Assembly (NCBI GenBank): GCA_030650025.1
Contig: JAUSEN010000025.1
Coordinates: 601 to 64,600 of the forward strand
DNA from: Candidatus Magasanikiibacteriota bacterium
GTDB lineage: Bacteria; Patescibacteriota; Patescibacteriia; Magasanikbacterales; GWA2-37-8
DNA length: 64,000 nucleotides
Direction of reading: 5' to 3'
The notes beneath the pieces are model-generated. The model had not been told where the DNA came from. It worked only from the letters and a program-made list of their open reading frames with translations, and searched no databases. A program made the translations under genes and the position numbers. This document shows, piece by piece, positions 21,461 to 29,948 of the stretch (its first letter is position 1; the number at the start of each line of letters is the position of its first letter).

Positions 21461-22135
21461 TTATGGGGTCGGCGAAATATTTATTAAAGTCGTGCTCACG
21501 CTTGAAGAGCGGCCAACGCCCACATTCGCGGCGCGCTGAATTTGCTCTAGTTGCGAACGGGTACTGGTGGCCGCCAAAATTTGCCCGCCCATTAACTTTA
21601 ACTGATCGTCGTTAATTTTATCGAGCGTCGCCTTGTCCATCCCTCCGGATAAAAGCAAACCGCGCAATTGCTTGGGGTCCTGCAAAATCGCCACTAGGTC
21701 GGGCGGCGGTTCTCCCAATTGCGCCGCGAGGGCCGCGGCGGTGGAAGAGGCGTCACTCACAGCGAGGCTTTGCTCGGACGCGGCCGGGGCCACGCAATCC
21801 TGGCCCTTGGGGCAAAGCGGCAGCCCTTTGGCCAAAACTTCGCGATCACTCATGCCATAACTAAAGGTATCAAATAAATATGGCGAAGTGCCATAAACAT
21901 AGAGCTCGTCAAAATCGTTTATCTCGTCGTGATCAGTGTCGCGGTAACGCAAAGCATCAATCGTGGCCACTTGATTCTTGAGGTCCACCGGCGGCTCGTT
22001 ATTTAAAGCCAAGGGGCCGTACATGGTATTGCGAATTTGCACTAGCCCCAGCCCAACACTTAAAAACGCAAAAACCACGAGCAACGAAAACCCGATTTTT
22101 TGCTCTTTGGTTAGGGAGTCCGGAAGGACCGCCAT
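21461..22135 (-). CDS. Membrane-anchored protein with Ca-binding TSP3-like motif
   Basis: TM helix then DTDHDEINDFDELYVYGTSPYLFDT. Confidence 0.65.
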   Translation of the reverse strand: MAVLPDSLTKEQKIGFSLLVVFAFLSVGLGLVQIRNTMYGPLALNNEPPVDLKNQVATIDALRYRDTDHDEINDFDELYVYGTSPYLFDTFSYGMSDREVLAKGLPLCPKGQDCVAPAASEQSLAVSDASSTAAALAAQLGEPPPDLVAILQDPKQLRGLLLSGGMDKATLDKINDDQLKLMGGQILAATSTRSQLEQIQRAANVGVGRSSSVSTTLINISPTP

Positions 22136-22221
22136 AATTAAAAAACTTAAGTTGGCACTTAAGTTCATTATAGCACAATTTTATAAGACAAGTAAGTGGA
22201 TAACCACTTAAAAAATAAGAA

Positions 22222-23178
22222 CTACAAAGAAGCACTTAAATCCAGCCAATTGGGCAAACTTAACTCTTGCGCGCGAGCGGTTTTGGTAAGGCCAAATGAC
22301 TCTAACAGAGCCATTATTTTGCCACTATCCCCTGCCGGAATTAGAGATTTTAAATTTTTTAACAAAACCTTACGTTTACTAGAAAATCCGAGCCGCGCCA
22401 GTTTAAATAATTTAGATATTTCTTGAGAAGAGAGGCCGGGGGTTTTGGGTGTTAGCTTAATAACAGCCGAATCCACCCTCGGCACTGGCCAGAAAGACTC
22501 GCGAGGAACAGGAAAAACGATGGCTGGCTTTGAGTAAAGCTGAACAGACAAGGCCAAAAGGGACATCGCACCTGGCAGAGCGCAAATTCTCTCCGCCACT
22601 TCCCGCTGGATCATCAAAATCATTTCGCTTGGAGGATTACTAGATTCTAAAAACATTTTTATAAGCGGTGAGGTAATTTGGTACGGGATATTGGCGATGA
22701 CTTTGTATGGACTCACCACCTCTGCTTCCAGCAAAACCTTCCCCTGCCCTGTCCTCGACGTGTATCCTCCCCCCTGCCCCCTCCATTGCGATGGAGGGGG
22801 AGTGGCAATTCCCCTCCCCTTCGCAAAGGGGAGGGCGAGGGTGGGGTTAAAGCGATTCAAAACATTACCCCAAATAATTTCTAAATTATTTATTTTTTTT
22901 TCCTGAATATTATTTTCCCAATAATCTTGTAACTTTTTTTCAATCTCAAAACCAAACACTCTCCCAGCTTGCTCCGCGAGCGAGAGGGTGAGAGTGCCAA
23001 ACCCGGGCCCGACTTCTACCACCGTATCTTGTTTACTTAAATTCGCCACGGCCAAAATTTTATTAATTACCTCGGCGTCTATCAAAAAATTTTGGCCGTA
23101 TTGCTTACTCGGCCGCAGGCCATATTTTTGGCAAAGATGCTTTAGGTGGTCGGGGTTAAAGAGTTTAGTATTATCCAT
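22222..23178 (-). CDS. rsmA: 16S rRNA m6,2A dimethyltransferase with in-frame repeat insertion
   Basis: GQNFL, VEVGPGFG, ANIPYQIT, QREVAERI, FWPVPRVDS. Confidence 0.95.
   Translation of the reverse strand: MDNTKLFNPDHLKHLCQKYGLRPSKQYGQNFLIDAEVINKILAVANLSKQDTVVEVGPGFGTLTLSLAEQAGRVFGFEIEKKLQDYWENNIQEKKINNLEIIWGNVLNRFNPTLALPFAKGRGIATPPPSQWRGQGGGYTSRTGQGKVLLEAEVVSPYKVIANIPYQITSPLIKMFLESSNPPSEMILMIQREVAERICALPGAMSLLALSVQLYSKPAIVFPVPRESFWPVPRVDSAVIKLTPKTPGLSSQEISKLFKLARLGFSSKRKVLLKNLKSLIPAGDSGKIMALLESFGLTKTARAQELSLPNWLDLSASL
22766..22846. mobile_element. C-tail hairpin doublet (DUF559-associated family), in frame in rsmA
   Basis: CCCCCTCCAT-TGCG-ATGGAGGGGG then inverted CCCTCCCCTT-CGCA-AAGGGGAGGG-CGAGGGTGGGG. 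Confidence 0.85.
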
Positions 23179-23180
23179 AA

Positions 23181-24278
23181 TTATTTTTTGATAATCACAC
23201 CGATGTCCGCATTAACTTCAACCAAATCTCCTGTTTTTAATAATTTAGTAACGTCTCTAACGCCGATAATGCAGGGAGTCCCCAGTTCACGGGCTACTAT
23301 GGCCGCGTGGCTCGTGAGGCCGCCTGTTTCGGTAACTAAGGCCGCGGCCAGCTTTATGGCAGGCAGGTACTCGACGGCAGTATACGGTGCTACTAAAATA
23401 TCACCTCGCTTCATTCGCCGTATCGCGGCCGTGCTATTTTTTACAACTATAACTCTCCCCGCCGCTACTCCACGCCGGGCTATTTGCCCCCGCAGTGTAT
23501 TGTTACTATTGCTCACTAAAAGTTCTTTAAATCGGCCGCGCTTTAAAAACTGGAGAGCAGCTTTACCCGCGTATATTTTTAATTTTTTTTCTTCGTAAAA
23601 TAAAATGGTTATTTTTTTACGGGCGTTAATTAGTCGACCAGCTATTTTACCGCGCCTTAGACCCAGAATAATCTCTGGTATGGTTAGATACTCAATATCA
23701 TTGGCACGGAGTCTTAAAATTTTAGCAATGGCTCCAAATAAATTATTACAATTATTCCGGCGACGCGCGAGTAATTTAGAAACATCTTCTTTAATATATG
23801 CGCCAACTTGGATAATTTTATTTAAGTTATTCGTGGGTTTACTATTTATACCACCAACTAACTCACTAAATAAATGCAATAGATTGCTCATGGCGTCTAA
23901 GGGAGCAGCCAGTTCTCGAATTTTGACTAAATCCCTTCCCGCCTCTCTACTGTTACTTTTATTATATTTAACTCGAGCGATTTGATCTAAAAACTTTTTT
24001 AATTTTTTACTTCGTGCCTTATATTCGACGAAAATAATTTTTATCCATGTTTTGCTACGCAATTTATTTTGGTAAACGGATTTTAAATTATTAATATCGT
24101 CTACAAGTCCATATTTTTCTTGCCAGCCATTTTTAATGATTGATAAAATACGGTATTGCGCGCCCACATATTTTTTAAACCACTTAAAAAATAATTCATC
24201 GGCGTAATTAAGGGCAACCAGCGGCGCTAAGTTGTTGCTAAAAAATAATTGGTATTGTTTGCGGCGAAAATTGATCAT
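23181..24278 (-). CDS. Protein with C-terminal PEP-utilising enzyme mobile (phospho-His) domain
   Basis: GDILVAPYT...GGLTSHAAIVARELGTPCIIG...LKTGDLVEVNA. Confidence 0.85.
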   Translation of the reverse strand: MINFRRKQYQLFFSNNLAPLVALNYADELFFKWFKKYVGAQYRILSIIKNGWQEKYGLVDDINNLKSVYQNKLRSKTWIKIIFVEYKARSKKLKKFLDQIARVKYNKSNSREAGRDLVKIRELAAPLDAMSNLLHLFSELVGGINSKPTNNLNKIIQVGAYIKEDVSKLLARRRNNCNNLFGAIAKILRLRANDIEYLTIPEIILGLRRGKIAGRLINARKKITILFYEEKKLKIYAGKAALQFLKRGRFKELLVSNSNNTLRGQIARRGVAAGRVIVVKNSTAAIRRMKRGDILVAPYTAVEYLPAIKLAAALVTETGGLTSHAAIVARELGTPCIIGVRDVTKLLKTGDLVEVNADIGVIIKK

Positions 24279-24290
24279 ACTTTTAATAAA

Positions 24291-25427
24291 TTATTCTGGT
24301 AGCAAACCAGCACTCGTATACCGATTACTCGCATTCCACATCAGCCACCCCGCGTCAGTGTATTTTTCAATCTCGTCTATTTGCGCGCGAATTTTGACTG
24401 CATCATAAACCGCCCCTAAATTAAAGGCCTGAATCCAAGGCCGCAGTTTGGCCCGCTGGCCAGTAAATTTAGGCATTCCGAGTTTAAGACCATGGGCAAA
24501 TACTTCACCCGGGTGCGCGGCAGGATTTTGGAAACCTAAATGACCGCGCGGGTAATGCGAAGGGTACATCATGGGAGAAATATAATCAGTGGAGCTCACG
24601 GCGTCCACAATACGCTGACCGATATTAAGATCAAAATTATTTTTCGCTTCCATGGTTAAACCAAACATGTCGAGCGAGAGCCACACCGGCTCGTTAGCCA
24701 ATTCGCTACTTAACGTTTGATAAAATTCCCGCATGATTTGGGATTTAGCGCGGCCACCCATGTTATAAACCACGCGGCTCATATCGCCGTCCGAAGGGAA
24801 GCGCACATAATCAAAATTTATTTCGTCAAACCCAAAATCCGCCACTTCCCTGGCAATATCAAAATTATATTTCCAGACTTCGCGGCGTGTCGGATCCACC
24901 CAAGAGAGGCCGCGATGGTCCCGCCACACCAAATTATCTTTATCTTTTATGGCCCAACCAGGCTTTTTGGCGGCCAAAACCGGATCCTGAAAAACAGTTT
25001 GCCGAGCAATTACGTAAATATTTTTGTCATGCAGTTTTTTTATGATGCCGGGCAAATCTGGTAATAAATTTCTCGATAAACCATTTTTCTTGGCCAGAGG
25101 CACGCGGCTTTTATACAAAATATATCCCGTGTAATCTTTGATGTCTATGATCACGGCATTTAATTCTGTCTCATCGATTAATTTTATTATCTCATCGAGT
25201 TTTTTGGGGTCGCTCGCGGAATAAGCGGTAAGATACAAGCCTTTGGCAGTTTGGGCCGGCGGCTTTGCCTTGGGTTTGTTCTCGAGTAAAAAGGCCAAGG
25301 GGCTAAATACGCTCGGCGTGGCATAACTCGTTTCACTGTTCGCGGCTTGCCACTGAAATAAAATAGCGCCCGCGCCTAAAAGCGCGGCTAAGACGGAAAT
25401 TAAAATGTAATTACGCGAGGTCAACAT
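24291..25427 (-). CDS. Putative glycoside hydrolase (DUF4015-like)
   Basis: KGLYLT, NAVIIDIKD, GFDEINFDYVRFP, SPMMYPSHY, RPWIQAF. Confidence 0.85.
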   Translation of the reverse strand: MLTSRNYILISVLAALLGAGAILFQWQAANSETSYATPSVFSPLAFLLENKPKAKPPAQTAKGLYLTAYSASDPKKLDEIIKLIDETELNAVIIDIKDYTGYILYKSRVPLAKKNGLSRNLLPDLPGIIKKLHDKNIYVIARQTVFQDPVLAAKKPGWAIKDKDNLVWRDHRGLSWVDPTRREVWKYNFDIAREVADFGFDEINFDYVRFPSDGDMSRVVYNMGGRAKSQIMREFYQTLSSELANEPVWLSLDMFGLTMEAKNNFDLNIGQRIVDAVSSTDYISPMMYPSHYPRGHLGFQNPAAHPGEVFAHGLKLGMPKFTGQRAKLRPWIQAFNLGAVYDAVKIRAQIDEIEKYTDAGWLMWNASNRYTSAGLLPE

Positions 25428-26535
25428 ATACTTCGCCTTGGCGCAAAATTTTTATTTTGCTATTTAAGACGCTAACTAATGTACTCGGTTTATTTTTTGT
25501 CAAGATGCCATAATCGAGCATAATATCCGGCTGATATTCTTGATTTTTAAATTGCTCGGCGAGTATCTTAGCGTCATAAATCTCACCGGCATCCGATAAA
25601 TTAGCCGATGTGGCCACGAGAGGCCGACCAATTTTTTCGGTAATTGATTTTAGAAGAGGGTGCGTGGTAACGCGCAGGGCGATGGTGCCAGCCTGCGATA
25701 TCACACCTCTCGCGATGCCACTGCCAATCCTCCCCCCCGCCCCCTCCATTGCTATGGAGGGGGGGACGCGATCTCTGTTTTTAAAAACTTCATCTATAAT
25801 TGAATCTAAAACAGCATCTAAATTATTAAAGACCTGTAAATTATCGAATCTAATAACTTTATAGCCAGAATCTACCAACCACTTAGTGCGTAGTCTGTCC
25901 TTTTCTACTTGATCTTTATCCACATAATGCACATCACCATCTAATTCGATAACTAGTTTTGTGTCGGGTTGAAAAAAATCAACTATGTAAGAGCCTACCC
26001 CATGCTGACGTCTAAATCTGATACCGTTCAATCGCTTATCCCGTAAATGATTCCAAAGAATTAACTCGGCTTTCGTTTGATTTTTTCTAAGTTCCCGGCG
26101 TCTTACTAAGCTAGATATGTAACCAGCTATTCGCTCAAATCGAAATTCGCGTCCCCTCCCCTTAGCAAAGGGGAGGGTAGGGTGGGGTCTGGTATCGCCA
26201 TCGGCCAATCCACCCCCTACCCCCTCCATTGCTATGGAGGAGGGGTGACGATACTCCCCCACCACCGTCAAAGCCCCGGGCCAATATTTTTTAGAAATTT
26301 CTTCTAACTGCTTGCTCCACGCTAAATATTTTTTTGCTTCGGCAATGCTCGGCACGACCACTAGGAGCGGCTTCTTAAAATCCCGGCCTTTAATTTTAAA
26401 AATTTTGTCTACGGCTTGTTGGTTAGTGGCATCACACCCGAGACCATACGACGTTTCGGTGGGAAAAACAATAATCTTGCCATTCAGTATATCGACGACG
26501 AGCTCGGCTAAATTACACTCGGTTAAAATTTTCAT
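25411..26535 (-). CDS. tsaC: L-threonylcarbamoyladenylate synthase (TsaC/Sua5/YrdC) interrupted in frame by a DUF559 endonuclease cassette
   Basis: VFPTETSYGL, KGR..KPL, WPGALT before and TIALRV, ATSANLS, PSTLV after a ~172-aa insert. Confidence 0.92.
   Translation of the reverse strand: MKILTECNLAELVVDILNGKIIVFPTETSYGLGCDATNQQAVDKIFKIKGRDFKKPLLVVVPSIAEAKKYLAWSKQLEEISKKYWPGALTVVGEYRHPSSIAMEGVGGGLADGDTRPHPTLPFAKGRGREFRFERIAGYISSLVRRRELRKNQTKAELILWNHLRDKRLNGIRFRRQHGVGSYIVDFFQPDTKLVIELDGDVHYVDKDQVEKDRLRTKWLVDSGYKVIRFDNLQVFNNLDAVLDSIIDEVFKNRDRVPPSIAMEGAGGRIGSGIARGVISQAGTIALRVTTHPLLKSITEKIGRPLVATSANLSDAGEIYDAKILAEQFKNQEYQPDIMLDYGILTKNKPSTLVSVLNSKIKILRQGEVYVDLA
25729..26245 (-). mobile_element. 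DUF559 (Vsr-like) endonuclease domain flanked by C-tail hairpin units
   Basis: RRELRKNQTKAELILW, FRRQH, YIVDF, IELDGDVH, GYKVIRFDN between hairpin units at 25729-25765, 26153-26187 and 26210-26245. Confidence 0.85.
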
Positions 26536-26536
26536 A

Positions 26537-26887
26537 CTAAACTTCAACTTCTTTCCAAACAATCTCAATGGCATTAAAATATTCTTTGGTAAATTTTACG
26601 AGCACTTCTGGATCAAATGGCTTGCAAGTATAACAATCGACAGTAAACAGTGGCGGATTTGTTGGATAACTATAAAAATGACTACCGGAAGATTTCCAAT
26701 GAATCCAACCACCATAACCCATGTCATGAGCGCTATAGGCAATGGGCTCAGATAGTACTTCCATTTTGCAAACTTCAGCAATCGCGAGTAAATATTTTTT
26801 AATTTCCTCTGGTTCAACAATCTTCTGTGTGGTACCCTCAATAATTACTCGCTGTCTAATTAAATTTGGCGCTAAATTTTTCCACAT
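26537..26887 (-). CDS. S-adenosylmethionine decarboxylase-like proenzyme
   Basis: 116 aa; GYGGWIHWKSSGSHFYSYP...TVDCYTCK resembles AdoMetDC but lacks canonical ESH. Confidence 0.6.
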   Translation of the reverse strand: MWKNLAPNLIRQRVIIEGTTQKIVEPEEIKKYLLAIAEVCKMEVLSEPIAYSAHDMGYGGWIHWKSSGSHFYSYPTNPPLFTVDCYTCKPFDPEVLVKFTKEYFNAIEIVWKEVEV

Positions 26888-26900
26888 ATATTAAAATTAC

Positions 26901-27890
26901 TTACACCAACAAATTCGTAATCAATTTTATCATCATGTCTTTTTCCTTCGGGTTACTTTCGGCAACCAACAACGCTAATGCCACCAGTGTAGTATCGGAA
27001 ATTTTGCGCTCACCGGTTTTGCGCCACAAATATTTATTGCGTTCCAAAAAATACACAAACAAAAGCGCGCCGGTGCGTTTATTGCCATCGGCAAAAGGGT
27101 GATCTTTAATTACGAGGTACAGCAAATTGGCAGCTTTTTCTTCGACCGAATTATAAAGCTCGACCCCGCCAAATGTTTGGTAGAGCGCACCTAAAATACT
27201 TTTAAACTTATCGCCGTATTCTTGGCCAAACAAGTCGCCGGCCTCGCCTTTTTCTATCAGCTTCAATTTTGTTTCGTCAACAAGCTTGCGAGCGATATCA
27301 TAATTGAGTATGATGCTCGGCTTTTTATTTTTCTTGAGTGCGAGCGTACCTTTGTCATATTGGTAAAACAACGACAAAGACGTGGCGTAATCTTCTATCA
27401 CACTCAACAATTCTTGAGTCTGCCCCGCAAGCTCTGGGCGAGCGGCTTTCTCGCGCATAAACACAACAGCTTTTTGAAGGTCATTTAGCCGCGTCTGTTG
27501 TTCTTGCAGGCGCTTTTGGTTAATGGTGTAACCTTGTACAAGATGGCTACGCAAAACTTTGGTGGCCCAAATACGGAATTGGCTGGCCTGTTTGGAATTT
27601 ACGCGGTAGCCAACAGAAAGAATGGCATCGAGATTATATGCCAATACTTCATAGACCTTGCCGTCTTCGGCAGTATGTGCAAATTTTGCACATACTGAAT
27701 TTTCTCTTAGCTCAGCAGAAAGAAAAATATTTTTTAAGTGTTTGCCAACAACAGATCTATCGACTCCAAAAACATCGCCGATTTGCTTTTGCGTAGCCCA
27801 AATTGTTTCCTGCTTAAAATCGCCCTTAAACTCAATCGCTCCAGTCTTAGTCTGGTACACAACAACTTCTTTTTGTTTAATTTTTTTCAT
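26901..27890 (-). CDS. RhuM-like N-terminus + Fic/Doc domain protein
   Basis: YNLDAILSVGYRVNS..FRIWA and HPFADGNKRTG. Confidence 0.9.
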   Translation of the reverse strand: MKKIKQKEVVVYQTKTGAIEFKGDFKQETIWATQKQIGDVFGVDRSVVGKHLKNIFLSAELRENSVCAKFAHTAEDGKVYEVLAYNLDAILSVGYRVNSKQASQFRIWATKVLRSHLVQGYTINQKRLQEQQTRLNDLQKAVVFMREKAARPELAGQTQELLSVIEDYATSLSLFYQYDKGTLALKKNKKPSIILNYDIARKLVDETKLKLIEKGEAGDLFGQEYGDKFKSILGALYQTFGGVELYNSVEEKAANLLYLVIKDHPFADGNKRTGALLFVYFLERNKYLWRKTGERKISDTTLVALALLVAESNPKEKDMMIKLITNLLV

Positions 27891-27892
27891 AA

Positions 27893-29014
27893 TTAGCGCT
27901 GCTCTTTAATCCACCGCAAATACGCTTCAGAGAGCGGCAATAACTTGCCTTCTAAAACACTCTCCGGATCCGTGGATTTATATTCTGTCCGGTGGTCGTT
28001 AACCATGTGGTAAGGGTGCAAGACGTAAGAACGAATCTGGTTGCCCCACTCCGCGCTTTTCCATTCGCCGCGCAGTTCTTGCCGCGCCGCGGCCTTTTTC
28101 TCTTCTTCTAATTTAAATAATTTTGATTTTAAAATCTTCATGGCCATGTCTTTGTTTTGCGTCTGGCTCCGTTCGTTTTGGCACTGAACAGTAATATTTG
28201 TCGGTAGATGCACGATGCGGACGGCCGAATAAGTGGTGTTGACACTCTGGCCGCCTTTGCCGCCGCTCATAAAAGTGTCAATGCGCAAGTCATCGGGTTT
28301 AATTTCAAGGGTGACTGCTTCGGCAATTTCGGGAATAACTTCTACCGAAGCAAAGCTGGTGTGGCGCATTTTTTCGGCGTCAAACGGCGAGATGCGCACC
28401 AAGCGGTGCACGCCGTGCTCGCTTTTTAAATATCCATAGGCATGGCGGCCAGTAACTTCAAAAGTGATGGATTTATAACCGGCTTCTTGCCCGCGGGATT
28501 CGTCTAAAATTTTTACTGGCCAATTTTGGGATTCACAAAAACGAAAAATCATGCGCACCAGCATCTCGGCCCAATCTTGCGCCTCGGTGCCGCCGCTCCC
28601 GGCATGCACGGCCACAATCGCGCCATTCGTGTCGTACGGGCCATTTAATAACAGAACAAATTCGTAGTCGGTAAATTGCTTCTCAAGTTCGGCAGTTTGT
28701 TTGGCAATTTCTGTAATCAATGATTCGTCCCGTTGTAGGGGCGGGGTTGCCCCGCCCCTGGGCGCGGAGATCGCGCCCCTACACAATTCAATAAGATCTT
28801 GCACCTGTTTTTCTAGTTCACCCCACTTATCCACCTCTCTTTTAATATCTTGATAATCTTGCGAGATAGTCTGCGCGGTTTTAGGATCTTGCCAAAATCC
28901 AGAGCTATTCATCTCGCCCTCTAATTGTTGTAATTTTATTTTTAGCTCGGGCAATTTCAAAAGCGCGGTCGTAGCCGCGATTTTAGTTTGGAGATTATTT
29001 AAGCGATCTAACAT
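27893..29014 (-). CDS. prfB: Peptide chain release factor 2 (continuous ORF)
   Basis: GGTEAQDWA, RISPF, GGQ, WGNQIRSYV. Confidence 0.95.
   Translation of the reverse strand: MLDRLNNLQTKIAATTALLKLPELKIKLQQLEGEMNSSGFWQDPKTAQTISQDYQDIKREVDKWGELEKQVQDLIELCRGAISAPRGGATPPLQRDESLITEIAKQTAELEKQFTDYEFVLLLNGPYDTNGAIVAVHAGSGGTEAQDWAEMLVRMIFRFCESQNWPVKILDESRGQEAGYKSITFEVTGRHAYGYLKSEHGVHRLVRISPFDAEKMRHTSFASVEVIPEIAEAVTLEIKPDDLRIDTFMSGGKGGQSVNTTYSAVRIVHLPTNITVQCQNERSQTQNKDMAMKILKSKLFKLEEEKKAAARQELRGEWKSAEWGNQIRSYVLHPYHMVNDHRTEYKSTDPESVLEGKLLPLSEAYLRWIKEQR
28734..28783. repeat. GTAG-tagged REP doublet in frame in prfB
   Basis: TGTAGGGGCG...CGCCCCTACA 10-bp terminal inverted repeat; encodes CRGAISAPRGGATPPLQ. 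Confidence 0.8.
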
Positions 29015-29024
29015 AATTTTGATA

Positions 29025-29128
29025 CGTCATTGCGAGGAGGGAACGAAGTGACCGACAAAGCAATCTTATCATTATTTATTGCAAGGATTGCTTCGTCAGC
29101 GCCTTAACGGCGCTTCCTCGCAATGACA
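29025..29128. repeat. CGTC-tagged palindromic doublet, intergenic
   Basis: CGTCATTGCGAGGA...GCAATC / GATTGC...TCCTCGCAATGAC; same family as 40689-40798. Confidence 0.85.
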
Positions 29129-29131
29129 ACG

Positions 29132-29614
29132 CTAAAAAATTTTATCTAAACCAACAGTCAGAACTAAAATTACAACGTTATAAACCACCACCCCCGCGAA
29201 TAAATATGGCAGGGCGTGTTGTTTTTTAAAACCGAGGAGGAAGGCGATAAAAGCCGCGGTAAAAGCGCCGTTTACCGGAGTCGGGATACTTAAAAAAAGA
29301 AACAAGCCGATTAAGCCGTATTTTTCATAGCGCGCAAACTTTTTCTGGATATGATTTATAACTCGCACCCAATGCTTGCCAAATAACGCGTGCGCCGAAA
29401 CCCAAGCGTGGAATTTTTCACTAACTGACAAAATAATAAAAATTGGCACCATGTTACCGACAATAACCAACAAAAAAGCCAGCCAGATCGGTAATTTAAA
29501 AACCGCGATCGCGACCGGGAGCGCGATACGCTCAGCCACTGGAACCATTGCCATGAGAAGCGTGGCAATCTCTGGTGGAAATGCCGAAAACCAAGCTACA
29601 AAAGTTTGAGCCAT
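29132..29614 (-). CDS. Small multidrug export-like membrane protein (COG2426-like)
   Basis: AMVPVAERIALP, GNMVP, LFLFLSIPTPVNGAFT; start trimmed to MAQTF. Confidence 0.75.
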   Translation of the reverse strand: MAQTFVAWFSAFPPEIATLLMAMVPVAERIALPVAIAVFKLPIWLAFLLVIVGNMVPIFIILSVSEKFHAWVSAHALFGKHWVRVINHIQKKFARYEKYGLIGLFLFLSIPTPVNGAFTAAFIAFLLGFKKQHALPYLFAGVVVYNVVILVLTVGLDKIF

Positions 29615-29680
29615 ACTAACAGTAGTGTAATGTATTTTGGCTATCTTGACAATTATTGTGTTTGTTTGTGGATAAACCGC

Positions 29681-29710
29681 TTGACAATCATGCTGACTCC
29701 AAGGTATTAT
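29681..29710 (+). promoter_or_regulatory. Sigma70-type promoter of small RNA 1
   Basis: TTGACA-18 nt-TATTAT. Confidence 0.65.
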
Positions 29711-29715
29711 AGATA

Positions 29716-29786
29716 GCGACAAGTTTAGCAACGAGTACCAAAACTCGTACCGTTTCCAGAGCTCCCGCAAGGGAGTTCTTTTTTTT
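29716..29786 (+). ncRNA. Candidate ~70-nt antisense RNA to the downstream tRNA-like RNA
   Basis: Between promoter and terminator AGAGCTCCC-GCAA-GGGAGTTCT-T7; 29718-29750 complementary to 29879-29907. Confidence 0.6.
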
Positions 29787-29824
29787 CTAGTGTTTTACTT
29801 AATGTTAATATGTGTACTATGCGG

Positions 29825-29853
29825 TTGCATTTTAAATAATACATTGGTATACT
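29825..29853 (+). promoter_or_regulatory. Sigma70-type promoter of the tRNA-like RNA
   Basis: TTGCAT-17 nt-TATACT. Confidence 0.6.
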
Positions 29854-29871
29854 ACGGCACGGTGGATTTGA

Positions 29872-29946
29872 GGGCCGAGTACGAGTGGTCTCGTAGCTAA
29901 ACTTGTCATTTTAGTTCCTGGGGATCGTAACCCCCTCGGTCCACCA
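29872..29946 (+). ncRNA. Non-canonical tRNA-like RNA (8/4 cloverleaf, Ala-type acceptor)
   Basis: GGGCCGAG/CTCGGTCC-A-CCA; TACGAG-TGGT-CTCGTA; GCTAAA-CTTGTCAT-TTTAGT; GGGG-ATCGTAA-CCCC. Confidence 0.65.
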
Positions 29947-29948
29947 CC

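Noticed and set aside
25729..26245. Intein in tsaC (and in leuS 44448-45035)
   Set aside because: No Cys/Ser start with His-Asn end and no splicing-domain motifs.
28950..28970. prfB programmed +1 frameshift
   Set aside because: ORF is continuous; the site reads CTT TTG AAA with no in-frame TGA.
29667..29675. DnaA-box-like TGTGGATAA (also near 56024, partial near 22196) as oriC
   Set aside because: Isolated single boxes, no cluster and no dnaA nearby.
29615..29770. N-terminal extension of ORF 29132-29770
   Set aside because: Overlaps promoter and sRNA signals on the other strand; family-like sequence starts at MAQTF.
29716..29946. Two-piece or minimal tmRNA
   Set aside because: G3.U70 and CCA fit, but there is a paired D stem, both acceptor strands are in one short RNA, and the upstream RNA has no tag ORF with a stop.
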